From Halarcobacter sp. (GTDB lineage Bacteria > Campylobacterota > Campylobacteria > Campylobacterales > Arcobacteraceae): 64,000 nt of DNA. The translations under genes and the position numbers were made by a program. The stretch spans positions 96,001-160,000 of the forward strand of contig CP182352.1 in NCBI GenBank assembly GCA_048571215.1. The letters are read 5' to 3'. Positions 49,109 to 59,878 of the stretch are shown here, one piece after another. The notes beneath the pieces are model-generated. The model saw nothing but the letters and a program-made list of their open reading frames with translations. It did no database searches and had not been told where the DNA came from. Within the stretch, counting starts at the first letter, position 1; each line of letters begins with the position of its first letter.

Positions 49109-49783
49109 TTAAAAAGCATATATTATTGATGCAACAAGGTTTTTTTCATCTTTCATACCACTAATTGTATCCGCTTCAAAATTTGAAAAGGTTAAATCTA
49201 AAATTACTGCATTGTTATTTATAGGGAATACCTTAGATATACCTATTGTTTGGTTTGTTCCTATATCTTCTAAGTCTCCAGCACTTGCTCTTAGAGAAAA
49301 TTGATCAAAATCATATGAAGTGAATCCTTCAACATAATCAGATTTAGAAGCATCGTTCTCAACCCAAGTATTTAACCCATAACTAGCACCAATTGTTAAT
49401 TTATCAATATGATATGCAAGTTCTAGTTTTAATTCATCTAAATCATTAATAATATCAGAATTATAAGTAAATCTAGAATATCTTAAATTTGCATCAAGAT
49501 TGTTGATACTTGTTTTATATCCAACATAATAATCTATTTCTATGTCAGCGTCTGCTCCAACATAATCCACATTTGAAGCCCATGTTCCTACATAAAAACC
49601 TTTATAATCTGCAGTAAGTTCCCCAATTAAAGCAGCTTTGTCATCTGTTTGTGTCATCCCTTTAGAAATATAGTTACTTGTTAAAGCAACACTCCCACTT
49701 ATATTAATATCTTCTGCATACATAGAAGAAGAAAGTGCTGTAGCTAATACACAGCTAAGTAAGATTTTATTTGTTGTGTTCAT
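49109..49783 (-). CDS. TorF/TIGR02001-like outer-membrane beta-barrel (putative porin)
   Basis: Signal peptide, SNYISKGMTQT, GFYVGTWASNV, EIDYYVGY, C-terminal YAF; ATG at 49783 has an AAGGA RBS. Confidence 0.82.
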   Translation of the reverse strand: MNTTNKILLSCVLATALSSSMYAEDINISGSVALTSNYISKGMTQTDDKAALIGELTADYKGFYVGTWASNVDYVGADADIEIDYYVGYKTSINNLDANLRYSRFTYNSDIINDLDELKLELAYHIDKLTIGASYGLNTWVENDASKSDYVEGFTSYDFDQFSLRASAGDLEDIGTNQTIGISKVFPINNNAVILDLTFSNFEADTISGMKDEKNLVASIIYAF

Positions 49784-49894
49784 ATCTATCCTTGTTTTTG
49801 AATTGTAAAAGTATAACTTCAAAAGTTGATTAATAAAATAGTTTAATGTTTAAAAAAAAATCAGAAAAAATAGAATTACTCTATAAAAATATCT

Positions 49895-49994
49895 AAAATG
49901 TCGTTTTTATTCTATTATTTGATATAAATAATTAAAAAAAATTATATACACATTGTTGTATAAAATATATACAAAAATGTCGTTTTTATTCTAT
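49895..49994 (+). promoter_or_regulatory. Two identical 21-bp direct repeats upstream of qhpA (likely AraC-type activator sites)
   Basis: AAAATGTCGTTTTTATTCTAT at 49895-49915 and 49974-49994; TATAAT at 50015-50020. Confidence 0.7.
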
Positions 49995-50063
49995 ACATTA
50001 ATTTACTTTATCCATATAATTTCATAAATCATCAAAAATGGTGAAAACAAAAAGGAGAAAAAA

Positions 50064-51650
50064 TTGAAAACTACTTATTTGAATTCAGTTCTTAAATTTG
50101 GCGTTGGTTTATTACTAACAAGTTCATGTTTAAGTGCTTTAGACTTTGAAGATGGAAAAAATGTCGTTGAGACAAAATGTACTGCTTGTCATAGTGGTAA
50201 TTTAAAATCTGGTCTAAGTCGTATTTCTGAACAAAGAAAAAGTCCAGAAGGTTGGTATATGACAGTTTCTAGAATGCAAAGGTTAAATGGTTTATCTTTA
50301 ACAGCAGATGAGAAAAAAAGTGTTATAAAATACTTAGCTGATACTCAAGGTTTAAACAAAGAAGAGAGTGAGCCATATAGATATGTTTTAGAAAAAACCC
50401 CAAACTATCAAGAGGGTGAACATAATCAACTTTTCGTTGAAATGTGTAATAGATGCCACAGTGCAGCCAGAATTGGTCTTCAAAGAAGAAGTCCAGCTGA
50501 ATGGGCAAATTTAGTTGAATTTCATATGGGACATATCCCATCTATAGATTATCATGCCTTATCAAGGGATAGAAATTGGTATGAAATTGCAAAAAATAAA
50601 ATGGTTCCATATTTGAGTGAAAAGTATTCTCTTGATAAAAAATTTGTAAAACAAGATGCTAATTATGAAGGTTCATGGATTCTTTATGGACATAGATTAG
50701 GTGCAGGTGATTTCACTGCAACAATGAAAGTAAAAAAAATCTCTACTGATACTTATAAGTTAACTTTAAAAGGAAACTATCTTGATGGAAGAGAGTTTAG
50801 TGCTACAGGAAAAGCTGATGTTTATTCAGGCTATGAATGGAGAGCAAATTTAGATTTAGATGGTATTGATACAAAACAAGTATTTAAAATGGATGCAAAA
50901 AATTCAACATTAAGTGGAAGTATGTTTGAAAAACTTCATTCAGAAGAGCACTCTTTTATCACAGGGGTAAAACAATCAGATAAAAAAGTAACTATTTTAG
51001 GTGTTTATCCAAAATCAGTAAAAGCAGGTACGAATGGGGTTATCACAATCAGTGGTAATAATTTAGACAAAAAAGTTACATTATCTTCTGCTTTAAAAGT
51101 AAATAAAATATTAGAACAATCATCAAATAAAATTGTTTTGGATGTAACTGCAAGTTCAAAATATGATTCAAAAGAGATAGATATAAAAATAGGTTCATCG
51201 TCATTTAAAGATAAACTTGTTGTATATAAAAAACTTGATGCTTTAAAAGTTTATCCATCTTATGCAATAGCAAGAGTTGGTGATGGTGGAGGAACTATTC
51301 CTAAACAACATGCTATTTTTGAAGCTTATGGTTATCTAAAAGGAGCTGATGGAAAAATTGGTACTGCTGATGATATTTCTATTGGAGAAGTAGATGCAAA
51401 ATGGAGTTTAGCACCATTTGATGAAAGATCTAAAGAGGATCAAGATATTAAGTATATTGGAACAATCGATTCATATAGTGGAAGATTTATTCCCTCATTT
51501 GCAGGACCAAATCCAAAAAGAAAATTTAGCACTAACAATGCAGGAAATGTAAAAGTTATTGCAACATATAAAGAAAAAAACGAAACTTTTAAAGCTGACT
51601 CTCATATGATAGTTACAGTTCAAAAATGGGTAAACCCTCCAATAGAATAG
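50064..51650 (+). CDS. qhpA: Quinohemoprotein amine dehydrogenase alpha subunit
   Basis: Signal peptide, two CxxCH (CTACH, CNRCH), QRKSPEGWYMTVSRM, ARVGDGGG, TNNAGN. Confidence 0.95.
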   Translation: MKTTYLNSVLKFGVGLLLTSSCLSALDFEDGKNVVETKCTACHSGNLKSGLSRISEQRKSPEGWYMTVSRMQRLNGLSLTADEKKSVIKYLADTQGLNKEESEPYRYVLEKTPNYQEGEHNQLFVEMCNRCHSAARIGLQRRSPAEWANLVEFHMGHIPSIDYHALSRDRNWYEIAKNKMVPYLSEKYSLDKKFVKQDANYEGSWILYGHRLGAGDFTATMKVKKISTDTYKLTLKGNYLDGREFSATGKADVYSGYEWRANLDLDGIDTKQVFKMDAKNSTLSGSMFEKLHSEEHSFITGVKQSDKKVTILGVYPKSVKAGTNGVITISGNNLDKKVTLSSALKVNKILEQSSNKIVLDVTASSKYDSKEIDIKIGSSSFKDKLVVYKKLDALKVYPSYAIARVGDGGGTIPKQHAIFEAYGYLKGADGKIGTADDISIGEVDAKWSLAPFDERSKEDQDIKYIGTIDSYSGRFIPSFAGPNPKRKFSTNNAGNVKVIATYKEKNETFKADSHMIVTVQKWVNPPIE

Positions 51651-51659
51651 GAAAATATT

Positions 51660-53060
51660 ATGAGTAATAATGAGTTAAAAGTAAATAAACACAACTATCG
51701 TATTATAAAAAATGATAGTGATAATTTACTATTTCATGTTCCCTCTAGTTCTTTATATGAATTAGATAAAGATGGGATAGATTTAATTAATAGAGTTGAA
51801 AATAAAAATCTTACAAAAGAGGATTTTTTTGGGGAAGATTTACAGATGCTTCATAAGCTGAATGTTGTTGGAACTGAAGAGGTACAAGATTATATTGAAG
51901 TGAAAAATTTTCCAGCAACAACGCTTATTTTAAATATTGCATCTGGATGTAATCTAAGTTGTACCTATTGTTATAAGGCTGATTTAGAGACACTTAAAAA
52001 TAGTGGAAATATGACATATGAAACAGCAATAGAAGCAATAAATCACCTATATGATGGGGCACCAAATCAAAAGAGATACAATATAACTTTTTTTGGAGGT
52101 GAGCCTTTAAGTAATATTGAATTGATAAAAGAGATTACAAATTACTCAAATGAGTTTTTCAAAAAAAGAAAAGCAAATGTAGATTTTACAATCACTACAA
52201 ATGCAACACTTTTGACAAAAGAGATTATTGAGTTTTTAAAAGAGAATCAATTTGGAATCACTATTAGTATAGATGGACCAAAGGCTATTCATAATAAAAC
52301 AAGACTTACAAATAGTGGAAGTGGAAGTTATGACATGGTTAAAAAGAAAGCTGAAATGCTACTATCTATGTATAGAGATAGACCAATTGGAGCAAGGGTT
52401 ACTTTAACAAGAGGAATAACTCAAATCGATGAGATTTGGGAACACTTATTCAATGACTTAAAATTTGCAGAAGTTGGTTTTGCACCAGCAACTGCCAGTG
52501 ATAACTCTATTTTTAATCTAAGTGAAGAGGAGTTGTTAAATGTCTTTGAAGGATTTAAACAATTAGGAGAAAAATATATTGATTCAGCTTTAAAAGGTGA
52601 GTTTAATGGTTTTTCAAATCTTCATAGATTAATAGGTGATATACATGCAGGAAGAAAGAAAAAACTTCCTTGTGGTGCAGGGGTTGGTTTATTATCAGTA
52701 AGTTATGATGGAAATTTTGATTTATGTCATAGATTTACAGGAAGTGATTTTACAAACTTTGGAAATGTAAAAACTGGACTTGATAAACCAAAGCTTTCAA
52801 ACTTTATTGAAAAAAGATTGAATACAAATGATGGGGATTGTTCAACTTGTCATATTAGAAATCTATGCGCTGGTGGATGTTATCATGAAAGTTATATAAG
52901 ATATAACGACCCATCAAAAGCGGTACTTCATTACTGCGATATTATGAGAGATTGGATTGATTTTGGCTTAATGGCATATTCAAAAATTAGAAATAACAAT
53001 CCAGAGTTTTTTGACAAATATTTTAAAGAAGAAAAAGGAGATACAAATGGGCTTATTTAA
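51660..53060 (+). CDS. qhpD: Radical SAM/SPASM thioether-forming maturase
   Basis: [19 protein letters not shown] cysteines ([22 protein letters not shown]); sits between the alpha and gamma genes. Confidence 0.95.
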   Translation: MSNNELKVNKHNYRIIKNDSDNLLFHVPSSSLYELDKDGIDLINRVENKNLTKEDFFGEDLQMLHKLNVVGTEEVQDYIEVKNFPATTLILNIASGCNLSCTYCYKADLETLKNSGNMTYETAIEAINHLYDGAPNQKRYNITFFGGEPLSNIELIKEITNYSNEFFKKRKANVDFTITTNATLLTKEIIEFLKENQFGITISIDGPKAIHNKTRLTNSGSGSYDMVKKKAEMLLSMYRDRPIGARVTLTRGITQIDEIWEHLFNDLKFAEVGFAPATASDNSIFNLSEEELLNVFEGFKQLGEKYIDSALKGEFNGFSNLHRLIGDIHAGRKKKLPCGAGVGLLSVSYDGNFDLCHRFTGSDFTNFGNVKTGLDKPKLSNFIEKRLNTNDGDCSTCHIRNLCAGGCYHESYIRYNDPSKAVLHYCDIMRDWIDFGLMAYSKIRNNNPEFFDKYFKEEKGDTNGLI

Positions 53061-53370
53061 ACCTTTAAATCCAAAAGCAGATTTATTAAATAAATCTATA
53101 AAAGAGGGAACACAAAAAGAAGTAGTTGCTATGCAAAGTATAGTTGGATGTACATCAACATTTGACCCAGGTTGGGAAGTTGATGCCTTTGGTGGAGTGG
53201 CAGGACTTTGTCAACCAATGGAGGCAGATCTTTATGGTTGTGCTGATCCTTGTTGGTGGCCTGCTCAAGTACCTGATACTATGAATAATCCACAATGGAG
53301 TGCACAAGCAGCTGATAGTGTAAAAGGTTGGCGAAATCTAACAACAATTTATCCAGATGATATGAATTGA
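53047..53370 (+). CDS. qhpC: QHNDH gamma subunit (CTQ precursor peptide with leader)
   Basis: Leader followed by [11 protein letters not shown]...[33 protein letters not shown] before the ATG at 53047. Confidence 0.96.
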   Translation: MGLFKPLNPKADLLNKSIKEGTQKEVVAMQSIVGCTSTFDPGWEVDAFGGVAGLCQPMEADLYGCADPCWWPAQVPDTMNNPQWSAQAADSVKGWRNLTTIYPDDMN

Positions 53371-53378
53371 GGTATAAA

Positions 53379-54518
53379 ATGAAAAGAATAAAATTATTAA
53401 CATTAGTATTAGTAACTGGACTTATCTCTGGTTGTAGTATAAGTACTCAGCCTAAAACACTTGAAAAAGGCAAATTAGAGAGTTCTTTACAATTAAAAAA
53501 TGATAGAGATTATGTAACATATGTTACAAAGGGAAATTATTTAAATATAATTGATGGGAAAGAGCATAAATTATTTAAAAGTTGTAAACTAAGTGGAGCT
53601 CAATCTCCAGGTGGACTTATAATCTCAAAAGATGGGACAAAAGCATTTATATTGCAAAACAATTCAAGAGGTATCAATGGATACAATTTAAACACTTGTG
53701 AAAGGTTTTTTAGTGTTGATTTCAATCATGATAATGTGATTGGTACCTCAATGTTCTCTTTTAATCTAAGTGCAGATAATAAACAACTTTATGCAATTGC
53801 AAATGAAGTTGAAAAACAAATTGATAGATATAAAGTTTTAGATCCAAAATTTATGGTGTATAACATTGAAGATGGATTAGATGCAAAACCAATAAAAAGT
53901 TTTAAAGCACCAAGACAAATATCTGTTATGGGTGTAGATGATATGAATAATGTTTACGCAGCTGGTTCAGAATTGTATAAAATAGATGCTAACGCAGGCA
54001 AAATAACTATTGCTGCAAAACTTAGAACATGGACAAGAGCAAACTATTCACAACCAGACTCTTTAGCAATGTGGCCAATTGGTCAACAATCAGATGAGTT
54101 TTTACTAATGTATACAGCAGCCAAATTCAAAGATGATAAAATGGAAGGTGAACCTGAAATTATTTGGGGATATACAAGAGTAGATTTAAAAACTGGTAAG
54201 ATAGTACAAAAAGATTTAGCTCCTTTTGAAACTATTATGTTTACAGCAATGACAAATCCAAAAGATAAAAATCAACTTTTTGGAGTTTTAACAGATTTAA
54301 GCAAATTTGATAGAAAAGAACAAAAGCTAATAAAAAGAGTAGATTTAGATCATACTTATTACTCTTTAAGTTTTGCTACAGATGGACATGAGTTATATAT
54401 TGCAGGTTTAAATAATATCTTAATTGTAGATCCTGAAACATTAGAAACAAAAGAAAAACTTGAATTACCTTATGGTGATATTGGTGCAGGTACTCTACAA
54501 GTATTTAGGGTTAAATAG
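53379..54518 (+). CDS. qhpB: QHNDH beta subunit (beta-propeller) with a lipobox
   Basis: Position after gamma; APRQI, PDSLAMW and LDHTYY motifs; LISGC lipobox. Confidence 0.9.
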   Translation: MKRIKLLTLVLVTGLISGCSISTQPKTLEKGKLESSLQLKNDRDYVTYVTKGNYLNIIDGKEHKLFKSCKLSGAQSPGGLIISKDGTKAFILQNNSRGINGYNLNTCERFFSVDFNHDNVIGTSMFSFNLSADNKQLYAIANEVEKQIDRYKVLDPKFMVYNIEDGLDAKPIKSFKAPRQISVMGVDDMNNVYAAGSELYKIDANAGKITIAAKLRTWTRANYSQPDSLAMWPIGQQSDEFLLMYTAAKFKDDKMEGEPEIIWGYTRVDLKTGKIVQKDLAPFETIMFTAMTNPKDKNQLFGVLTDLSKFDRKEQKLIKRVDLDHTYYSLSFATDGHELYIAGLNNILIVDPETLETKEKLELPYGDIGAGTLQVFRVK

Positions 54519-54520
54519 TT

Positions 54521-56170
54521 ATGAAAAACAAAGCGCTTAATAGTTTAATATCTTATATAAAAAAAGAGAATATAACTATTATTTTACTACTTGGTATCTC
54601 AATGATATCAAGTGGTATTGCTGTTATTCAACCATTATTGATGCAAAAGTTTATCGATGAAGCTTTAGTATTAAAAGATATTGATAACTTCTATTTTTAT
54701 GTGATTTTAATCGCATCTATCTCTGTTTTTTCTATTGCATTATCTGTATTTTTACAATATAGATATACTAAGCTTTCTGTAAAAATCTTATACAACTTAA
54801 GGGTTGATATTTTTGAAAAGATATTTTCAAACAATAAACTATTTTTTCAAAAAAATCAAATAGGGGATTTACTCTCAAGACTTCAAGGTGATATTAGCGA
54901 ATTACAAAGATTTGGAGTTGATTCTCTTTTTGCTCTTTTTTCAGCTATTTTAGGTCTTATTGGGGCAATTGTTGTAATGTTTTTTTATGATGCCACTTTA
55001 GCTTTTTTTGCACTTATTTTATTTCCTATAGAGTTTTTTTTATTAAAGCCTATGTATCCTAAAATGCATGAAGTTACCAAAGAAGTAAGACAAAGTAGTG
55101 CAATTATTGGAAGTTTTATTATTGAGTCTTTACGTTATGTAAGTTTTCTAAAAAACTTCAATAGTATAGAAAATAGAAAAGAAAATCTAATCACACTTCA
55201 AAAACATAATCAAAATAGAATTTTAAATCAACAAAGAGTACAAATCATTTTTGCTCAAATCCCTTTAATAGTGAGTCTAATTGCAAGGGTTGCTTTGATT
55301 GTTTTTGGAGGACTAAGGGTAATAAGCGGGGAACTTTCAATAGGGGAGTTAATAGCCTTTTTGAGTTATTTTACTATGGTTTTGTCTCCCGTACATACTG
55401 TTTTGGGTATTTTAAACAATATACCTAAACTAAAAGTTAGTATCAATAGATTAAATGAGATATTGCCTGAGAATTTAGATACTAATGAAAATGAAAACTT
55501 GCCAGAAAAAATAGATATTGAGTTTAGAAATATAGGTTTTTCATATGATAATTCACCTTTATTATTTGATAACCTAAATTTAAAAATATTTTTTGGAGAA
55601 AAAGTTGTTTTAACAGGTTCTAATGGGATAGGAAAAAGTACCTTGGTTGATTTGCTTTTAAAACTTCTACCAATACAAAAAGGAGAGATATTTTTAGCCA
55701 ATAATAATATTAAAAATATAGACAATAAAGTATTAAATCAAGCTATTGGATTAGTTGAACAAAACCCTGTGATACTTTCATGCACTTTAAGGGAGAACTT
55801 ACTAATTGCCAATAAAAAAATAGAAGATAAAATACTTTTGGAAGTTATAGAAAAAGTTGGTTTAACTCCTTGGTTTGAGGGCTTACCATTAGGCTTAGAG
55901 AGTGTTTTAAGTGAAGATGGACAAAGTTTATCAGGTGGTCAAAAACAAAGGATTTCTATAGCTAGACAGATTTTAAAAAATCCTTCAATTTTAATTATGG
56001 ATGAGCCAACTTCATCTTTAGATAAAGAGTTTGTTGAACTCATGGATGCTTTGATTGATGAAAACTTTAAAGACTCAACGAAGATAATTATCTCTCACCA
56101 TTATACTTATAAAAATGCCAGATATTTAAAAGTAGAAAATAAAACTATAAAAGAGTTAAAACATGTCTAA
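54521..56170 (+). CDS. qhpF: ABC exporter (permease + ATPase) for the gamma subunit
   Basis: TM domain, [17 protein letters not shown]; qhp context. Confidence 0.85.
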   Translation: MKNKALNSLISYIKKENITIILLLGISMISSGIAVIQPLLMQKFIDEALVLKDIDNFYFYVILIASISVFSIALSVFLQYRYTKLSVKILYNLRVDIFEKIFSNNKLFFQKNQIGDLLSRLQGDISELQRFGVDSLFALFSAILGLIGAIVVMFFYDATLAFFALILFPIEFFLLKPMYPKMHEVTKEVRQSSAIIGSFIIESLRYVSFLKNFNSIENRKENLITLQKHNQNRILNQQRVQIIFAQIPLIVSLIARVALIVFGGLRVISGELSIGELIAFLSYFTMVLSPVHTVLGILNNIPKLKVSINRLNEILPENLDTNENENLPEKIDIEFRNIGFSYDNSPLLFDNLNLKIFFGEKVVLTGSNGIGKSTLVDLLLKLLPIQKGEIFLANNNIKNIDNKVLNQAIGLVEQNPVILSCTLRENLLIANKKIEDKILLEVIEKVGLTPWFEGLPLGLESVLSEDGQSLSGGQKQRISIARQILKNPSILIMDEPTSSLDKEFVELMDALIDENFKDSTKIIISHHYTYKNARYLKVENKTIKELKHV

Positions 56171-56804
56171 GAGAATCGCTGTAGCTATTTTAGATAGTGG
56201 ATGTAGTTTTGATACCTTTGAAAAAATATCAATAGAGGTAGATGAAAAATACAATTGTAGAATAGAAAAACAAAAAAATATAAATCAAAATCATGGGGAT
56301 GTGATAGCAAATATTATAAAAGATCAAGATATAGATATTTATGATATTCAAGTGTTTACACAAGATCTTACAACTACCCCTTTACATATCTATTATGCCT
56401 TAGAGTATTTACTTGATAAAAAAATTGATGTGATAAATTTAAGTTTGGGTTTGAGTGCAAATTATAAAGAGATAGAAGAACTTTGTAAACAACTTATAAA
56501 AAAAGGGATAACAATAGTAGCTTCTTATCCAAGAAGAGCTAAGGTACAAACCTACCCAGCCTCTTATGAAGATGTTATAAAGGTTACCTCTGAGGGGATG
56601 TGTCTTGATGATAAAGTGGTTGCCCTATATCCCGATAAACTTTTTTTTGGAGCTAATCCTTTTTCAAATAAAAAAGAGGTTGCAGGTTCTAGTGTGGCAG
56701 TTGCAAAGTTTACAAGTGAGTATTGTGCTTACTTACAAAATGGATTTACAAAAGAGCAGATTTTAAAAGAGTTTGAAAAAAGGAGAGTAAATGAACCCTA
56801 CTAA
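56163..56804 (+). CDS. qhpE: Subtilisin-like leader peptidase
   Basis: ILDSG, NHGD, INLSLG, YPASY, GSS catalytic-triad pattern. Confidence 0.88.
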   Translation: MSKRIAVAILDSGCSFDTFEKISIEVDEKYNCRIEKQKNINQNHGDVIANIIKDQDIDIYDIQVFTQDLTTTPLHIYYALEYLLDKKIDVINLSLGLSANYKEIEELCKQLIKKGITIVASYPRRAKVQTYPASYEDVIKVTSEGMCLDDKVVALYPDKLFFGANPFSNKKEVAGSSVAVAKFTSEYCAYLQNGFTKEQILKEFEKRRVNEPY

Positions 56805-58101
56805 AAAAATCATGGTATTAGGTGCTGGCATAGCAGGAGTTACCACTGCAATTGGATTAAAAAAATTAGGATTTGATGTAACAATTATATATAAAAACCG
56901 TCCCTTTAGAGCATATGAAGGACTTAGTCAAAAAACAAAAGATGGTTTCTCTTTACTTGATTGTAAAAACTGTTTTTCACAGTTAAATACTCAATCTGTA
57001 AGAAATTCAAATTGGGCGGGGATGAATAGTCAGGTAAATTATGAATATGTAGTTTGTAGAGATGACTTTGATAAGGCTTTATTACAAGATGCAAAGGAGC
57101 ATAATATTTCACTTATAAGGGGAAATATTCTTGGAAAAATAGATTTTCAAGATAAAGTAAGTGTGAAATATAAAAGTGAAAATATTGAAAATACCTTTGT
57201 AGCAGACTTTGTTGTGGACACCAGAGGAAGATTTACTCCATATAAAAGTGAATATAAACATGGACCTAAAAGCTTTTCTATTTTACAAGAGTTAGAATTA
57301 GATAGTATGAGTCAAAGCAAAACTTCAATTGATACCGTAGAAAACGGTTGGATTTGGCAAGCTTATGTGGGAGAAAATAGAGGATATATTCAATTTACCT
57401 GCGATGAAGAACTTGCAAAAAAAATAGAGAGTTTTGAAGATGTAAAGCCATTTTTAGAGAATCAAGGTATCGATTTATGGAGTTTAAAAAATCATAAATT
57501 AAAAGGCTCTTTAGTAAAAAGAGATTCCTATTGTAAAGTACATAAAACAATTGTTACAGATAAAATGATATTAGTTGGAGATAGTGCTTCAAGTATTGAC
57601 CCACTTTCAGGGAATGGAGTTTTTCAAGCATTGAGTATGTCAAGTATTGCTCCGTATGTTATAAATACTATTTTAAATAGAGAAAAAAATAAAGAGATTG
57701 CAATAGATTTTTATAAAAAAAGAGTGAATTATATTTTTGAAAAGTTTTCAAAGGTTGGTAAAGATTTTTATTCTTTAGAAAAAAGATTCAAAACAGATTT
57801 TTGGATAAAAAGACAAACTTGGCCTTTAAATACTATTCAGGATGAGAGTATAAAGATTGCAAATTATGCCATTGTAAAAGATGGGTTTATAGAACCTAAA
57901 GAGGTAGTTATAACAAAAGACAATCCCCTTGGTATCTATTTTTTAGGAAATATTGAAATAGTTGAATTGGTTAAATATTGTTTAAATAATAGTGTAGAAA
58001 AAGCCTTAAACTTTTTTGATGATTTTTGTGAGAAAAAAAGTTTATCTTTAGATAGTAGGATATTTTTGAAAAAATGGTTATTGAATCAAAGTATAATATA
58101 G
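56791..58101 (+). CDS. qhpG: FAD-dependent monooxygenase (CTQ biogenesis)
   Basis: VLGAGIAG, DTRGR, VGDSASSIDPLSGNG; qhp context. Confidence 0.9.
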   Translation: MNPTKKIMVLGAGIAGVTTAIGLKKLGFDVTIIYKNRPFRAYEGLSQKTKDGFSLLDCKNCFSQLNTQSVRNSNWAGMNSQVNYEYVVCRDDFDKALLQDAKEHNISLIRGNILGKIDFQDKVSVKYKSENIENTFVADFVVDTRGRFTPYKSEYKHGPKSFSILQELELDSMSQSKTSIDTVENGWIWQAYVGENRGYIQFTCDEELAKKIESFEDVKPFLENQGIDLWSLKNHKLKGSLVKRDSYCKVHKTIVTDKMILVGDSASSIDPLSGNGVFQALSMSSIAPYVINTILNREKNKEIAIDFYKKRVNYIFEKFSKVGKDFYSLEKRFKTDFWIKRQTWPLNTIQDESIKIANYAIVKDGFIEPKEVVITKDNPLGIYFLGNIEIVELVKYCLNNSVEKALNFFDDFCEKKSLSLDSRIFLKKWLLNQSII

Positions 58102-58103
58102 AT

Positions 58104-58979
58104 TTACTCTTTTTTTAACTTTATCTCTGCAAGTAATAGTGCAGTTATTATTAATCCAGCACCAAAAAATTGTGTCATAGTTAATAATTCATTTCCTACA
58201 AAATATCCATAAACACCTGCACTTACAGGTTCCATTGAAAAAATAATTGCAGTTTTTGTTGGAGTTGTAAACTGTTGCATATAGGTTTGAATTAAAAATG
58301 CATAGACTGTAGCAAAAATTGAAGTAAGTACTATAGCTTTAACAAATGGACTACTTAGTGTTATATTAAATGTAATATCATCTAAAGATAGAGAAAATAT
58401 TAGTGAATATATTGTTACAGTTAAAAATTGAATAAGAACAAGCATAAAGACATTTACTCTTTTTGAGTATTTGTCTGTAAATAAAATCTGTAAAGCAAAT
58501 AAAGCGGAGCAAATAAGTGATAATAACTCTCCATAACCAAGTATTAACTTCCCACTCATTGTTAATAGGTATAGACCAATAACCGCAATAATTGAACCTA
58601 AAAAGACCATTTTTCTAACATGGTCTTTAAATATCACATAGGCAAAAAATGGAACTAAAATTACATTAAGTCCTGTTATAAAAGCTACTATTGAACTTTT
58701 TGTATGGGCAAGTCCAAAGGTTTGTGTAGCAAAAGCAAAAAATAAAAAACTTCCCAATATAAATCCATAAAAGATAGTTTGTTTATTTATTTTGTCATAA
58801 AATTTATATGAAATAAAAGCCATTAGAATTGTAGCTATTAAAAATCTATAAAATAAAAAAGCATATACAGGTATCGTGGTAATAGCCTCTTGAACCATCA
58901 AAAAGGTTACACCCCAAGCAATTGCAACTGTCAAGAGTAGGAAGTCTGCTCTAAATTCAAGTAGTTTTTTTCTATTCAA
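58104..58979 (-). CDS. DMT/EamA-family transporter
   Basis: AWGVTF, AFITGL, IFSMEPV; about 10 TM helices. Confidence 0.9.
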   Translation of the reverse strand: MNRKKLLEFRADFLLLTVAIAWGVTFLMVQEAITTIPVYAFLFYRFLIATILMAFISYKFYDKINKQTIFYGFILGSFLFFAFATQTFGLAHTKSSIVAFITGLNVILVPFFAYVIFKDHVRKMVFLGSIIAVIGLYLLTMSGKLILGYGELLSLICSALFALQILFTDKYSKRVNVFMLVLIQFLTVTIYSLIFSLSLDDITFNITLSSPFVKAIVLTSIFATVYAFLIQTYMQQFTTPTKTAIIFSMEPVSAGVYGYFVGNELLTMTQFFGAGLIITALLLAEIKLKKE

Positions 58980-59126
58980 ATATATCTCCTAAATAAAGAG
59001 AAGAATTATACATATAAGTTGATTAAAGTTTTAGTTTTTAAAAAATTGTATAATTGTTGCACATTTATATACAAATTTAAATCTATTTATTATATTATAA
59101 TTGATTAGACAAAAAAAAGAGATAAA

Positions 59127-59867
59127 ATGAGTGACAATATTATTAGTATGAATAAAATTGATAAGTATTATGATGATTTTCATGTTTTAAAGGGTATCGA
59201 TTTTAATGTGAAAAAAGGTGAAATTGTAGTAGTTTGTGGACCATCAGGTTCAGGTAAATCAACACTTATTAGATGTATTAATGGCTTGGAAGATATTGAT
59301 ACAGGAACAATAATTGTGGATAAAATTGATATAAATGAGAGTAAAAAAAATCTACAAACTATTAGAGGTGAAGTTGGGATGGTATTTCAACACTTTAATC
59401 TTTTTCCCCATTTAACAATATTAGAAAATATTACATTAGCACCAGGATTAGTTAAAAAAGTTAAAAAAGCAGAAGCTAGAAAGATTGCTATGGAATTACT
59501 TGCAAAAGTAAAACTAGAACATAAAGCAGATGCTTATCCAGGTGATTTAAGTGGTGGTCAAAAACAAAGAGTAGCAATTGCAAGAAGTTTAGCAATGAAA
59601 CCAAAAGTTATTCTTTTTGATGAACCTACATCTGCTTTGGATCCTGAAACAATAGGGGATGTTTTATCAGTTATGAAAGATTTAGCACATGAAAAGTTTA
59701 CAATTGTTTGTGTAACTCATGAAATGGGTTTTGCTAAAGAGGTTGGAGATAAAATTGTATTTATGGATCAAGGAGTAATTGTTGAAGAAAATACACCTGA
59801 AGAGTTCTTTAAAAATCCAAAAAGTCAAAGAGCAAAAGATTTTCTAAAAGAGATTTTAACACATTAA
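59127..59867 (+). CDS. Polar amino-acid ABC transporter ATP-binding protein
   Basis: [33 protein letters not shown]. Confidence 0.95.
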   Translation: MSDNIISMNKIDKYYDDFHVLKGIDFNVKKGEIVVVCGPSGSGKSTLIRCINGLEDIDTGTIIVDKIDINESKKNLQTIRGEVGMVFQHFNLFPHLTILENITLAPGLVKKVKKAEARKIAMELLAKVKLEHKADAYPGDLSGGQKQRVAIARSLAMKPKVILFDEPTSALDPETIGDVLSVMKDLAHEKFTIVCVTHEMGFAKEVGDKIVFMDQGVIVEENTPEEFFKNPKSQRAKDFLKEILTH

Positions 59868-59878
59868 AAGGAGAAACA

